NCBI GenBank assembly: GCA_963789925.1
Contig: CAWBMQ010000006.1
Span: 231,378-295,377 of the forward strand
Reading direction: 5' to 3'
Length of the DNA: 64,000 bases
From: an uncultured Gemmatimonadales bacterium
GTDB taxonomy: Bacteria; Gemmatimonadota; Gemmatimonadetes; Gemmatimonadales; GWC2-71-9
A model generated the notes under the pieces. The model was not told the origin of the DNA and made no database searches. It saw nothing but the letters and a program-made list of their open reading frames with translations. The translations under genes were made by a program, and so were the position numbers. Position 1 is the stretch's first letter. Each line of letters starts with the position of its first letter. Positions 18,621 through 29,676 of this stretch are shown here, piece after piece.

Positions 18621-19702
18621 CCAGAATGAATCGACGCCATGCTGCCCTCCTGGCCCTCGCGGCCATGTTCACCCTTGCTGCATGCGGTGATGACACGCCC
18701 CCGACGCCGGCCTTCCTCGACGGCACGCCGAGCGACCCGGGGATCCTTCTCGCGGTGAACCTCGACAAGGCGCTGTTCATGCTGCAGACCGGCGCCCCGG
18801 ACGTGACCGAAAGTATTCCGCTGGGCAGCAGCTCGGCGGTGACACCGGTGGGACTCTCGGTCTTGGGCACCCACGCCGTCGTGCCGCTCGGCAACGCGGC
18901 CAGCGTGGCTTACGTGGACCTCGCAACCGAGACGGTGGACCGCTACTTCACCTTCGCGTCGGGGAATGCCACGGGTTCCGCGTTCGTGGATGGCAATACG
19001 GTGGTGGTGTGCAACCAGACCACCGACCAGTGCGGCAAGTTCGATCCGGCCCAGGCGGCGAACGAAGTGACCGGCCTGGTGACGGTGACGCAGTTCCCCA
19101 CCAATGTCGTGGTGACCGGCGGGCGGGTGTTCGTGGTGTCGAGCAACCTGGACGACAGCTACATGGTGGCGGGCCCGGGCGTGGTGACGGAGCTGAATCC
19201 AGCGACAATGGAGGTGGTGCGCACCTTCGAGGTGGGAACGAACCCGCAGTACGCCGCGGCCTACAACGGGAAGCTGTATGTGGTGAACAGCGGTGACTTC
19301 GCCATGAACAACGGCACGCTGAGCGTGATCAACCTGGGCACCAATGCGGTGCTGCCCCCGATCGAGGGCTTCGGCGACTTCCCGGGGCCGATCAACATCG
19401 ACAGCCGGGGTCATGCGCTCATCTCGAGTTTCAACTACGGCACCGCCGTGTACAACACGGTGTCGGGGGAGTTCTTGGTGAGTGTGGCGGTTCCGCTCTG
19501 CGTGCCGTCGAGCGGTGGTGCGTGCCGGGGTGCGGCCGATGCGACGACGGCGCCGAACGGCGACATCTACCAGGCGTACTTCGGCGACGCCGCCGCGTCG
19601 GATCCGGCGTACTACTTCATCTATGATGGGGATACGTTCGCGCTCAAGGACAGCGTTGCAGTGCCGATCGGACCGAGCGGGCTGGTGGGCGCGACGTTCT
19701 AG
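18617..19702 (+). CDS. Beta-propeller-like surface lipoprotein (YncE/DUF5074-like), last gene of the B12 operon
   Basis: GTGA overlap with the receptor stop (alternative ATG 18626). Lipobox TLAAC-G. Reiterated blades (HAVVPLGNAASVAYVDL, GGRVFVVSSNLDD, GKLYVVNSGDF..GTLSVINL, GHALISSFNYGTAVYN). Confidence 0.65.
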   Translation: MTRMNRRHAALLALAAMFTLAACGDDTPPTPAFLDGTPSDPGILLAVNLDKALFMLQTGAPDVTESIPLGSSSAVTPVGLSVLGTHAVVPLGNAASVAYVDLATETVDRYFTFASGNATGSAFVDGNTVVVCNQTTDQCGKFDPAQAANEVTGLVTVTQFPTNVVVTGGRVFVVSSNLDDSYMVAGPGVVTELNPATMEVVRTFEVGTNPQYAAAYNGKLYVVNSGDFAMNNGTLSVINLGTNAVLPPIEGFGDFPGPINIDSRGHALISSFNYGTAVYNTVSGEFLVSVAVPLCVPSSGGACRGAADATTAPNGDIYQAYFGDAAASDPAYYFIYDGDTFALKDSVAVPIGPSGLVGATF

Positions 19703-19704
19703 GG

Positions 19705-20385
19705 TCAGCGCGGGGGCTCGAGCAGCGTCGTCGCCGAGAGCTGCGCGCCGATGCCTTCCATCTGGCGCGCCCGCAGCCGGGCCCACCCTGGCAGGCGCAA
19801 CGCACCAGCCGCGAAGGCGCCGATGCCGGTGGCGACAAGGATGGTGAACCCGGGGAGCGCCTGGGCGAGGCTTCCGCCGGTCCACCTCGCAAACAGCACC
19901 GCGCCTGCCGCAACGAGCGTGGCGATCCCGATGCGCATTAGCGAGCGGGCGTTGCCATTCGTCGTGCGGAGGCGCAGCCGGTCGCCGGTGGGCGTGGGTT
20001 CCAGCAGCGCCTGCAGGTTGCCGTTGGTCCATTGTCGGAGTGAGCCCTGAACGGACACCTGGCCGCGGGCGTTGAACGTCTCGCGCAGCGCCACGACGAG
20101 CTGGTCCCACTCCCCGTCAGTGAGGCGGCGGCCGAGCTCGATCGTGCGCGCCACGCCTATGGGCAAGCCCAGGAATGTTCGTGTGCTGGGGAGTCCGCTG
20201 TGTTCGAGCGAGAGGGCAGCCTGCGCGACCAGCGCCGGTGCGATGCCCACCTCCTGACCGATGCTCTGCAGCTCGCGCAGGGTCATGCCCTGGCCCGCGA
20301 CCGGCTGCGTGAGGCTGGTCTCATCCTCGGTGGCCTTGCGGAAGATCGCGGCCACCTCGTCTTCGCTGTATCGCCGTTCCGTCAT
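19705..20385 (-). CDS. Hypothetical membrane protein
   Basis: ATG 20385 gives MTERRYSEDEVAAIFRKATE.... Two C-terminal hydrophobic segments (IGIATLVAAGAVLFA, FTILVATGIGAFAAGAL). The listed longer ORF start would overlap the tRNA. Confidence 0.5.
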   Translation of the reverse strand: MTERRYSEDEVAAIFRKATEDETSLTQPVAGQGMTLRELQSIGQEVGIAPALVAQAALSLEHSGLPSTRTFLGLPIGVARTIELGRRLTDGEWDQLVVALRETFNARGQVSVQGSLRQWTNGNLQALLEPTPTGDRLRLRTTNGNARSLMRIGIATLVAAGAVLFARWTGGSLAQALPGFTILVATGIGAFAAGALRLPGWARLRARQMEGIGAQLSATTLLEPPR

Positions 20386-20412
20386 CTGCGCTGCTGATTT
20401 CCCGGTGGTGCA

Positions 20413-20494
20413 TGCGAACGGAGGGACTCGAACCCCCACGGATTGCTCCACAGGATCCTAAGTCCTGCGCGTCTACCAATTCCGCCACGCTCGC
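20413..20494 (-). tRNA. tRNA-Leu (anticodon UAG)
   Basis: Minus strand GCGAGCG-TG-GCGGAATTGGTAGACGCG-CAGGA-CTTAGGA-TCCTG-long variable arm-GGGGGTTCGAGTCCCTC-CGTTCGC-A. The acceptor stem pairs 7/7 (one G-U). CCA is not encoded. Confidence 0.9.
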
Positions 20495-20643
20495 GGGGCA
20501 GGGAAAAGATACCGGGGCGTGCGGCTGTCCGGTAAGAGGCGCGAACCTTGCTATCGCTCGGCGCAGCACTGTGAGGATTTCACGTGTCCCTGCACTGATG
20601 CGGGATTATCTTCCCGACGACACCGCAGACATCGGGAGCGACC

Positions 20644-22069
20644 ATGCTGAATCTCCGGAACCTGTTCCTGGCGGCAGGCCTGTGTATGGCTGGCTCCGCC
20701 ACCGCTGTGCGTCCTGCCGCTGCCCAGACGACCATCACCTGCGAAAGCCAGAAGAACGCGTTCCGCGACTGCCGGATTACCACCGGTGGCAAGGTGCGGC
20801 TGGTGCAGAACATCTCCAACACGCGCTGCGAATACGGGCGCACCTGGGGATTCGACTGGAACAGCATCTGGGTGGACCGGGGCTGTCGCGGCAAGTTCAT
20901 GGTGAACGGCTCGGGCAGCGGGTGGGAATCGGGCAACTATGGCCAGCGCGTCAAGTGCGAAAGCCAGAACGGCTCCTACAAGATCTGCAACGTCGCCACG
21001 TTCGGATACGTGCGGCTGGTGCAGCAGATCTCGCAGTCTAGCTGCGTTGCCGGCCGGACCTGGGGTTACCAGGCGAGCCAGATCTGGGTGGCGAATGGCT
21101 GTCGCGCGGAGTTCGAGGTGGGCTACGGCGACTCGAACTGGGAGGGCGACAACCGCGTCATGAACTGCGGCAGCACCGACGGCCGGTACACCCGGTGCTT
21201 CGCCCGCAACGAGGGAGAGGTGTCATTGCGGAGGCAGCTGTCGAGCCAGCCGTGCGTGTACCAGCGCACCTGGGGCTACGACCCGAACGGCATCTGGGTG
21301 GACAACGGGTGCCGCGCGCAGTTCGTCGTGGGTCGTGGCGGACCGGGTTCGGGATGGGGCGAGTATCCGGGCACGTGGCCCGGTCCCGGTGCCGGCACGG
21401 TCGATCGCGCCAGGACGGCTTGCAACAACGAAGTGCGTGGCAGCGGCTACCAGGCCGTCAGCGTGCTCGACGCCAGGGCCAGTGGAAGCCTGGTGTACGT
21501 CTCCATGCGCGGCTTCCGCGGCGATCGCGAATTCGCAGTGGAGTGCCAGTATGCCTCGATCAACAACCGGGCCCAGATCACGAGGGAAGACCCGGCTGGA
21601 AGCGGTGGTGGCGGCAGCGGCCTGGTGCAGCGCGGCAGCGACGCGTGCCGCAGCAAGGCAGGCAGCATCGGTTACCAGAGCGTCAACGTCACGAACGCAC
21701 AGCAGAGCAGCTCGAACGTCACCGTGCAGATGACGGCGCGCAACCAGAACAGGCAATGGAACCTCACCTGCATTTATCGCCAGTCGCAGGGAGGTACGGC
21801 GACAATCGTGGAGCAGAAGTGAAGCGGGTTCCGGCGGCGGGAACAGCAACCTCTACGGCGATGCGAGGGCGGCCTGCGAGAGCAAGGCCAAGTCGCAGGG
21901 CTACCAGGTGATAGGTTCCGGCCCCGCGTCAATGCAGTCCTGGGGCGTGAAGCATGACCTTGACCTCAGGAAGGCTGGGCTGCAGTACAGCAACGCATAC
22001 TGTCAGTACCAGACGAACAACCGTACAGCCACGGTGATTCCGGGGACACCGGACAAGCAGGCGAAGTAG
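20644..22069 (+). pseudogene. Secreted Cys-rich repeat protein: 3 x DUF3011-like modules + 3 C-terminal 2-Cys modules (third module out of frame)
   Basis: Signal peptide ...AVRPAAAQ. Three units of C-x9/10-C..VRLVxQxSxxxCxxGxTWGy..xIWVxxGCRAxF. Two units of AC..GYQxV...C.Y. The stop at 21820 is followed in the +1 frame by EAGSGGGNSNLYGDARAACESKAKSQGYQVIG...AYCQYQTNNRTATV, ending at TAG 22067-22069. Confidence 0.7.
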
Positions 22070-22107
22070 GGAACTGCAGGGAAGAGGGAACAGGGAACAG
22101 GGAACGG
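22069..22107 (+). repeat. G-tract heptamer repeat (GGGAACA family)
   Basis: Sequence is gggaactgcagggaagagggaacagggaacagggaacgg, with five G3 tracts. Confidence 0.85.
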
Positions 22108-22132
22108 TATGCGCTGGCATGCACACCAGCGA

Positions 22133-22160
22133 AAGAGGCGCCAGAATCCTGGCGCCTCTT
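22133..22160. terminator. Hairpin between the convergent DUF3011 gene and htrA
   Basis: Perfect 12-bp stem AAGAGGCGCCAG/CTGGCGCCTCTT with loop AATC. The flanking T-tract is weak (CCTTTGC). Confidence 0.6.
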
Positions 22161-22185
22161 CCTTTGCTACAAAACTGCGGAGCGA

Positions 22186-23813
22186 CTATTGCGCGTTGGC
22201 CAACTGCACCCGCTCGACCCGGTTAAGGCTCGTGCCATTCTGAATAGTGAGGATGCGAAGCGTGACGATAGCGCCCGGCTTCTGCGCGTTGAGCACGTTG
22301 CGCAGGTCGGCCATCGACTTGACCGGCGTGCCTTCCACGGACACGAGGATGTCGGCCGCGCCATTGCGGGCGGGGCGGAGCACCTCGTAGGTCGGCCCAC
22401 CCGGCACCACTTCCGTCACCACCAGGCCGGCCGTGGTGGGCTTAAGGCCAAGCGCCTTGACGTCGGCCGGATCGAGCGGCTCAGCGTTGATGCCGAGACG
22501 CTGTGGAACCACCGCATTGAGCGCGTCTTCCTTCGAGGTATTGCCGGCTGCGTCATCGCTGCTGTCGTCCGCGCCGCCATTCGCCGCCAGCACCTGCGCA
22601 TCGCTGAGCGACTGGAGCTTCACCTTGTAGACCTTCCGGGTACCGCCCTTGCGGGCGACCTCGACGTTGACCACGTCGCCCGGGGCCTTGAAGCCGACTT
22701 CCTGCTGCAGCTGGCCCACGCGCTCCACCTTCTTGCCGTCGATCGACACGATGATGTCGCCCACCTCGAGCCCGGCCTTCTCGGCGGGCGAGTTGGGCGG
22801 GAAGTCGGCGACCTTCACGCCGTAGGGCTCGTTGAGGCCGACGTACTTCGCGTCTTCCGGTGACGCCTCGGCGATCTGGATGCCGAGTGCCGCGCGCTGC
22901 ACCTTCCCGGTGGTGATCAGCTGCGTCATGACCTGGCGCGCGAGGTTGATCGGGATCGCGAAACCATAGCCGGAGTAGAAGCCGGTCTCGCTCGCGATGG
23001 CGCTGTTGATGCCGATGACCTCGCCCTGCACGTTGACCAGCGGCCCGCCCGAGTTGCCCGGGTTGATCGCCGCATCGGTCTGGATGAAGTCGGAGATGCT
23101 GGCAGTGGTGCGGTTGAGGCCGTTGAGGGTACGGCCCTTCGCGCTGATGATGCCGGAGGTGACGGTGAAGGTCAGGCCGTCGCCCAGGGGATTGCCCACC
23201 GCGAGGACCCACTCGCCAACCCGCTCACGATCGCTGTCGCCGAGCGTGGCGGGGGTGAGGCCGGTGGCGTCGATCTTGAGCACCGCGACATCGGTATTGG
23301 GATCGGTGCCGACAACCTTGGCCGTGAACTCGCTGCGGTTGAGCAGGCGGACGGTGACCTTGTCGGCACCCTCGACCACATGGTTGTTGGTGAGGATGTA
23401 GCCATCCTGGGTCACGATGAACCCGGTGCCGCTGCCCTGCTCGAATCTCGGGCCGCCGGCGGGGCTGGAAGAACGGCTCCATGCCCTGCGGGATGCGCGG
23501 GTCACGCTGCGCCTGCGGGTTGCTTCTTCTCGGAGTGGGATGCCTTGATGAACACGACGCTGGGCCGGACTGCTTCGGCCACGGCGGCAAAGGCATCGCT
23601 GAGGTTCTGCAACGACGCGGTTCCGGGGATGGCCGGGGCCTGCGTCGGGGTATTGATCGCCTTGGTCGCCGTCTGGCCAGTGCTGGGGGCAACCGCCTGC
23701 TGGGCAGAGGAGTTACGGGGCAGGTCGAGAAGGCCTGCGAACAGCAGTCCGAGGCCGAAGGCGAGCCCGACCAGGCCGCCGAACTTGAGCCAATTCAATG
23801 AGCGTGCGGACAT
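22186..23813 (-). pseudogene. htrA: HtrA/DegP-family periplasmic serine protease with 2 PDZ domains, two frame breaks near the N-terminus
   Basis: Catalytic motifs TNNHVV, D in NTDVAVLKI, and GNSGGPL. The N-terminal anchor MSARSLNWLKFGGLVGLAFGLGLLFAG (ATG 23813) is in ORF 23502..23846. The linker QRDPRIPQGMEPFFQP is in a second frame. The body from GGPRFEQGSGTGFIV is in ORF 22186..23505. Breaks lie near 23508 and at the GGGG run 23461-23464. Confidence 0.85.
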
Positions 23814-23942
23814 CAGTCTTCCTTGCTGAGTAGCGGGGTGACCCAAGGCCGGCCCGCACCTTCGGACCGGCCTGTTAGCCTAACCCTAGTACGATGCGCC
23901 GGGAAAGCGTTCCGTCGCATCGTGGAACATCCGGAATATTAC

Positions 23943-25862
<1,920 letters not shown>

Positions 25863-26055
25863 TTAATCCTCTTTCGGACCGAATAACGCCCGCGGGGCCG
25901 CTCTGGGATTCCCGGGTGGCGCCGGCAGGTTGTTGTGTTGCCGGGGGTTACGAATCCGTGGGCAGCATGAGCAACCGGCGTACCCGGAAAAACCGCCGTT
26001 TTGGCAGGATTGACAGGGTCCGATTGTGAGCGGTAAGCAGTGGGCGGGGGCGCGT

Positions 26056-27342
26056 TTAGTCACTGTCGGGGTGAGGGCGATGTGTCTCGGGCATCCGCAC
26101 CAGCACCAGCACACCCGAGGCGAAGGTGAGCAGCCCCACGGCCCCGATCGACCACGCCATGCCGAAGCGGTCGGCCAGGGCGCCGGCGAACAGCGCTCCC
26201 ACCGCATACCCGCTGTCGCGCCAGAGGCGGTAGACGCCGACCGCGGAGGCCCGCCAGCGCGGGTGCGCTACGTCGCCGACGGCGGCCAGCAGGGTGGGGT
26301 AGACCATCGCGGTGCCCGCGCCGAGCAATGCAGCTGCACCGATCCAGGGCCAGAAACCGCGGACGAGCGCGATCATTGCCAGGGCCCCGCCCTGGACGAG
26401 CATGCCGCCAACGATCAGCCCCTTCCGACCCCAACGATCGGAGAGCGCGCCCGTCCAGAGCTGGAGCAGCCCCCACATGGCCGGATAGGTGAAGCTGAGG
26501 ATTCCGATCCGGGCCACATCCAGCCCCGCCGCGGCGAAGAAGAGCGGGAACAGCCCCCACGCGATGCCGTCGTTCAGGTTGTTGACCATCCCCGCCTGGC
26601 TCGCGCTCGAGAGGGCGGGATCGCGCCAGCTCGCGCGCGCGATGATATCGCCGGGTGGAGAGCTGCGCGCGGTGGCCCGCCGTGTCCGATGGCGACGGGA
26701 GGTCCATCGCCTCCAGGGCCACATGGTGGCGCGTCTCGCGGACGAAGAGCAGGGAGAGGGCGAGGCCGCCGACGGCGAAGGCGATCCCCAGGTAGAACGG
26801 CGCGGGGCGAAGTCCGTACGCCTGGGCCAGGTATCCGGTGCCGAGTGCCGCCAGCGCCACGGCGAGGTAGCCGGCGAACTCATTGAGCCCCATCGCGAAT
26901 CCGCGCTGCTCGTGGTCCTACCAGGTCCATCTTCATGATGACCGTCGTGGACCACGCGAGGCCCTGGTTGAGGCCCAGCAGCACGTTCGCGACGATGATC
27001 CAGGACCAGTTCGGCGCCCAGATCACCAGGAAGGGAACCGGGAGCCCGAAGAGCCAGGCAGCCACGAGGACGTGCTTGCGGCCGTACGTATCGCTCAAGC
27101 CGTCCGGCGAAGAAATTGGTGAGCGCCTTGACCGCGCCAAAGGTGGCAATGAAGGAGAGCACCGCACTCTTGCTGGCCACGCCGAACTCCGCCTGCGCCA
27201 GTAGCGGAAGCACGGTTCGCTCCAGGCCCACCATCGCGCCCACGAAAGCGTTGACCAGCACCAGCAGCCAGAACTGGCGCCAGTTGGCCCGCAGACCGAG
27301 TGCTACTGAGAGTGGTGATGTGCTCAGTGCCGGGCCTTCCAC
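26056..27342 (-). pseudogene. MFS transporter, three frame breaks
   Basis: The N-part (..LERTVLPLLAQAEFG..IATFGAVKALTNFFAGRL) and C-part (GMVNNLNDGIAWGLFPLFF...LSDRWGRKGLI...) are in ORF 26056..27342. The middle segments SDTYGRKHVLVAAWLFG..LNQGLAWSTTVIMKMDLVGP and EQRGFAMGLNEFAGYLAVALAALGTGYLA lie in ORFs 26880..27167 and 26060..26893. Junctions are near 27097, 26912 and 26670. Confidence 0.8.
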
Positions 27343-27899
27343 TCGGCCTCACGCCGGATCGCGGGCAGGAGGAGCCAGCGGATGGTGTAGATCCCCACCC
27401 GGGCCCAGCGCCAGTAGGACAGGAATCGCCGACGAGCGGGCTGGTCGGTTGCGGCGACCCGGGTCTCGGAGACCAGCTCGGTGAGGTTGGAACCGAGCGG
27501 ATGGGCCTCCAGGGTCCACGCGATCCGGACGTAGCCCGGTTCCGCGAAGGTGGCGAATTGATCAGCGGGCACGGACCGGAACACCACATCGGCGAGCCAG
27601 GGCTGACACACCGCTCCGCCGATGAAGAGCTCGCCTGGCCGCTCGAGCAGGCATCCCCAGCCCAGCGCCCGGGTCTCCTCGACGATCCCGCGGGGCACCC
27701 GTGTTCCAGCACGCGAACCCATGAGACGCTCGCGCAGCCGGAAGATTCCCCTTACGAGCGGCACGGACTGCATGTCGAAGTCGTGCGCCACCCGGTACAC
27801 CAGCGGTGCCGGTGCGCGCACGGTCAGGGCGTAGCGCTCGCGGGCATCGGCCACCGGGATGAAGGCATCGAGCGGAACCGGTTTCACGATCGATTCCAC
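27324..27899 (-). CDS. Hypothetical protein (possibly SRPBCC/DUF2867-like); start uncertain
   Basis: The frame of ORF 27324..28397 is open through the upstream gene. The first plausible start is GTG 27899 (VESIVKPVPLDAF...). The C-terminus ...RRRFLSYWRWARVGIYTIRWLLLPAIRREAE resembles that family from memory only. Confidence 0.4.
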   Translation of the reverse strand: MESIVKPVPLDAFIPVADARERYALTVRAPAPLVYRVAHDFDMQSVPLVRGIFRLRERLMGSRAGTRVPRGIVEETRALGWGCLLERPGELFIGGAVCQPWLADVVFRSVPADQFATFAEPGYVRIAWTLEAHPLGSNLTELVSETRVAATDQPARRRFLSYWRWARVGIYTIRWLLLPAIRREAEWKARH

Positions 27900-27945
27900 A
27901 TCATGGAAGGCCGCCAGCTTCAGAGATGAGCCGCATCGGAGGCGG

Positions 27946-28416
27946 CTACCGGCTGTTCCCGTTGTCCATGTCGGCTGCGATGAGCCATGGTCCGCCGGGG
28001 GCGCGCCGAAGCGCGAGCACGTACTTGCCGCTGTGCTGCGTGACGTCCGGCCCACCGTACGTGCCGACGATGTAGCCGACGGTGTCGTCCACGGCGTAGG
28101 CGAGGGCCGCCAGTGTGAGCGGGCCACCGTTGCCGTCGTAGGCCTTCGCGATGCCTGCCGTGCCGCGCGCCGGTGGGTCGTTATTCGGAAGCACAAAGCC
28201 ATCGGGGGTGAAGAGGGCGGCAAGCCCCGTGGCGTTCTTCGCCCGCCATTGCTGCTCGTAGTCGCGCAGGACGCGATCGAGATCCGGCGGCAGCGGGACG
28301 GTGGGCATGCCCGCAGTGACGGGCGGCCGAGATCCCTGCTCGGCGGAAGGCTGGGCGGGACGGCAGGCCGAAAGGACGGCGAGCACGAGGACGGCAATCG
28401 AAGTGACGCGATACAT
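27946..28416 (-). CDS. SnoaL-like/DUF4440 (NTF2-fold) lipoprotein
   Basis: 156 aa. Signal plus lipobox VLSAC-R. ...YEQQWRAKNATGLAALFTPDGFVLP...GKYVLALRRAPGGPWLIAADMDNGN is the typical DUF4440 layout. Confidence 0.65.
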   Translation of the reverse strand: MYRVTSIAVLVLAVLSACRPAQPSAEQGSRPPVTAGMPTVPLPPDLDRVLRDYEQQWRAKNATGLAALFTPDGFVLPNNDPPARGTAGIAKAYDGNGGPLTLAALAYAVDDTVGYIVGTYGGPDVTQHSGKYVLALRRAPGGPWLIAADMDNGNSR

Positions 28417-28444
28417 GTTACCCTCTCGCTGGGTGCCGAGTGGG

Positions 28445-29632
28445 TCAGCTTGCCAGGATCAGCGGATCCTCGGTCAGGCCGCCACTGCCGATGCAGCGGC
28501 CCCGTCCGGCGCGCTTGGCGGCGAGGAGGCGGACATCGGCATAAGAGAGCAGGTCCTTGGGCGAGATCACCATGAGGTCGGCGGGGGTCCCGGCGACGCC
28601 GGCGCTGAAGTTCACGGTGAGCGTCCGGCCCTCGCCGAGATCGATGGGCGACGACGCCACTTCCTGGCGCAGCGCTTCCAGCCTGATGAGGGCGGCATCG
28701 CGCGGCGTGCCGGGCATGAGAATCACGAACTCTTCGCCGCCATAGCGGGCAACCATGTCGGTGCGGCGCATGGCGCGAGCGAGGAGGTTGGCGACCTCGA
28801 TCAGTGCGCGGTCGCCGAGGGCGTGCCCGTACATGTCGTTGATCTGCTTGAAGTGATCGACGTCGAGGATGGCGAGCGAGAGCGGGTGCCGGTCCCGGGT
28901 GGTGGCCTCCATCGCGGTGGCGAGGGTGCGGTCGAAATGGCCTCGATTGTAGAGACCGGTGAGCCGGTCGCGGGCCGCGAGATAGAGCAGTCGCTGGGCC
29001 CGGCGCACGATCGTCACCGCCAGCAGCGTGGAAATGCCGAGGAGTATGAGCCGGGTGGAGAGGTCGACGGGAGCATAGGGCCCCGCCTCAGTAAAATAGT
29101 GCGGGTCGTAGAGGTCATACCGCGTGCCGGCGTAGGCCCAGAGCAGCGCGTACTCGGCCATGCCGATACACCCGACGACGATACAGATGCGGGCATCGTA
29201 ACGCAGGCTGGTAGCCAGGATCGCCAGGAAATACATCTCGAACGTGGAGTTCGAGTTCAGGGCCTGGAGTGGCGAGCTTACCATCAGGTAGCTGACGAGC
29301 GCGAGGCTGACGAGGGAGACGTCCAGCGTGCTCGAGGCGAAGCCGACCCATGGGCGCCAGCCTCCCCGGCGCAGGGCGGACCAGATGGCGGTTGCCACAA
29401 TCCCGCCCACGAACACAACGGCAAAGCCGGTGACGAACATCGGCTTGCCGGGGTCACGAATGACATTGAATGTCGGTGCGATGAGGAGGAGCGCCATCGC
29501 GAGGAGGCGCACCCGGGCAACTACGAACTCGCCTTCGATACCGGCGGCGGCGAGGGCGGGATCAGGTGGTGACCAGATCGGCGGTTCGGCCGCGCCATCG
29601 GAATAGCTGTCGGAGACGGCGGAGGAGGGCAT
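28445..29632 (-). CDS. Membrane-anchored diguanylate cyclase (GGDEF domain)
   Basis: About 6 N-terminal TM segments. RDRLTGLYNRGHF, DVDHFKQINDMYGH, active site GGEEF, with an RRTD (RxxD I-site) 5 residues upstream. Confidence 0.9.
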   Translation of the reverse strand: MPSSAVSDSYSDGAAEPPIWSPPDPALAAAGIEGEFVVARVRLLAMALLLIAPTFNVIRDPGKPMFVTGFAVVFVGGIVATAIWSALRRGGWRPWVGFASSTLDVSLVSLALVSYLMVSSPLQALNSNSTFEMYFLAILATSLRYDARICIVVGCIGMAEYALLWAYAGTRYDLYDPHYFTEAGPYAPVDLSTRLILLGISTLLAVTIVRRAQRLLYLAARDRLTGLYNRGHFDRTLATAMEATTRDRHPLSLAILDVDHFKQINDMYGHALGDRALIEVANLLARAMRRTDMVARYGGEEFVILMPGTPRDAALIRLEALRQEVASSPIDLGEGRTLTVNFSAGVAGTPADLMVISPKDLLSYADVRLLAAKRAGRGRCIGSGGLTEDPLILAS

Positions 29633-29645
29633 GAATCAAGGTAAA

Positions 29646-29674
29646 GCGGGGAACAGGGAACGGGGAACAGGGAC
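29646..29674 (+). repeat. G-tract heptamer repeat (GGGAACA family)
   Basis: Sequence is gcggggaacagggaacggggaacagggac, with four G3-4 tracts, between two minus-strand genes. Confidence 0.85.
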
Positions 29675-29676
29675 GC

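Noticed and set aside
20386-20643. tRNA-Leu as an integration site of a genomic island.
   Set aside because: No integrase, no recognisable direct repeat of the tRNA 3' end and no compositional shift were noticed in the flanking 2 kb on either side.
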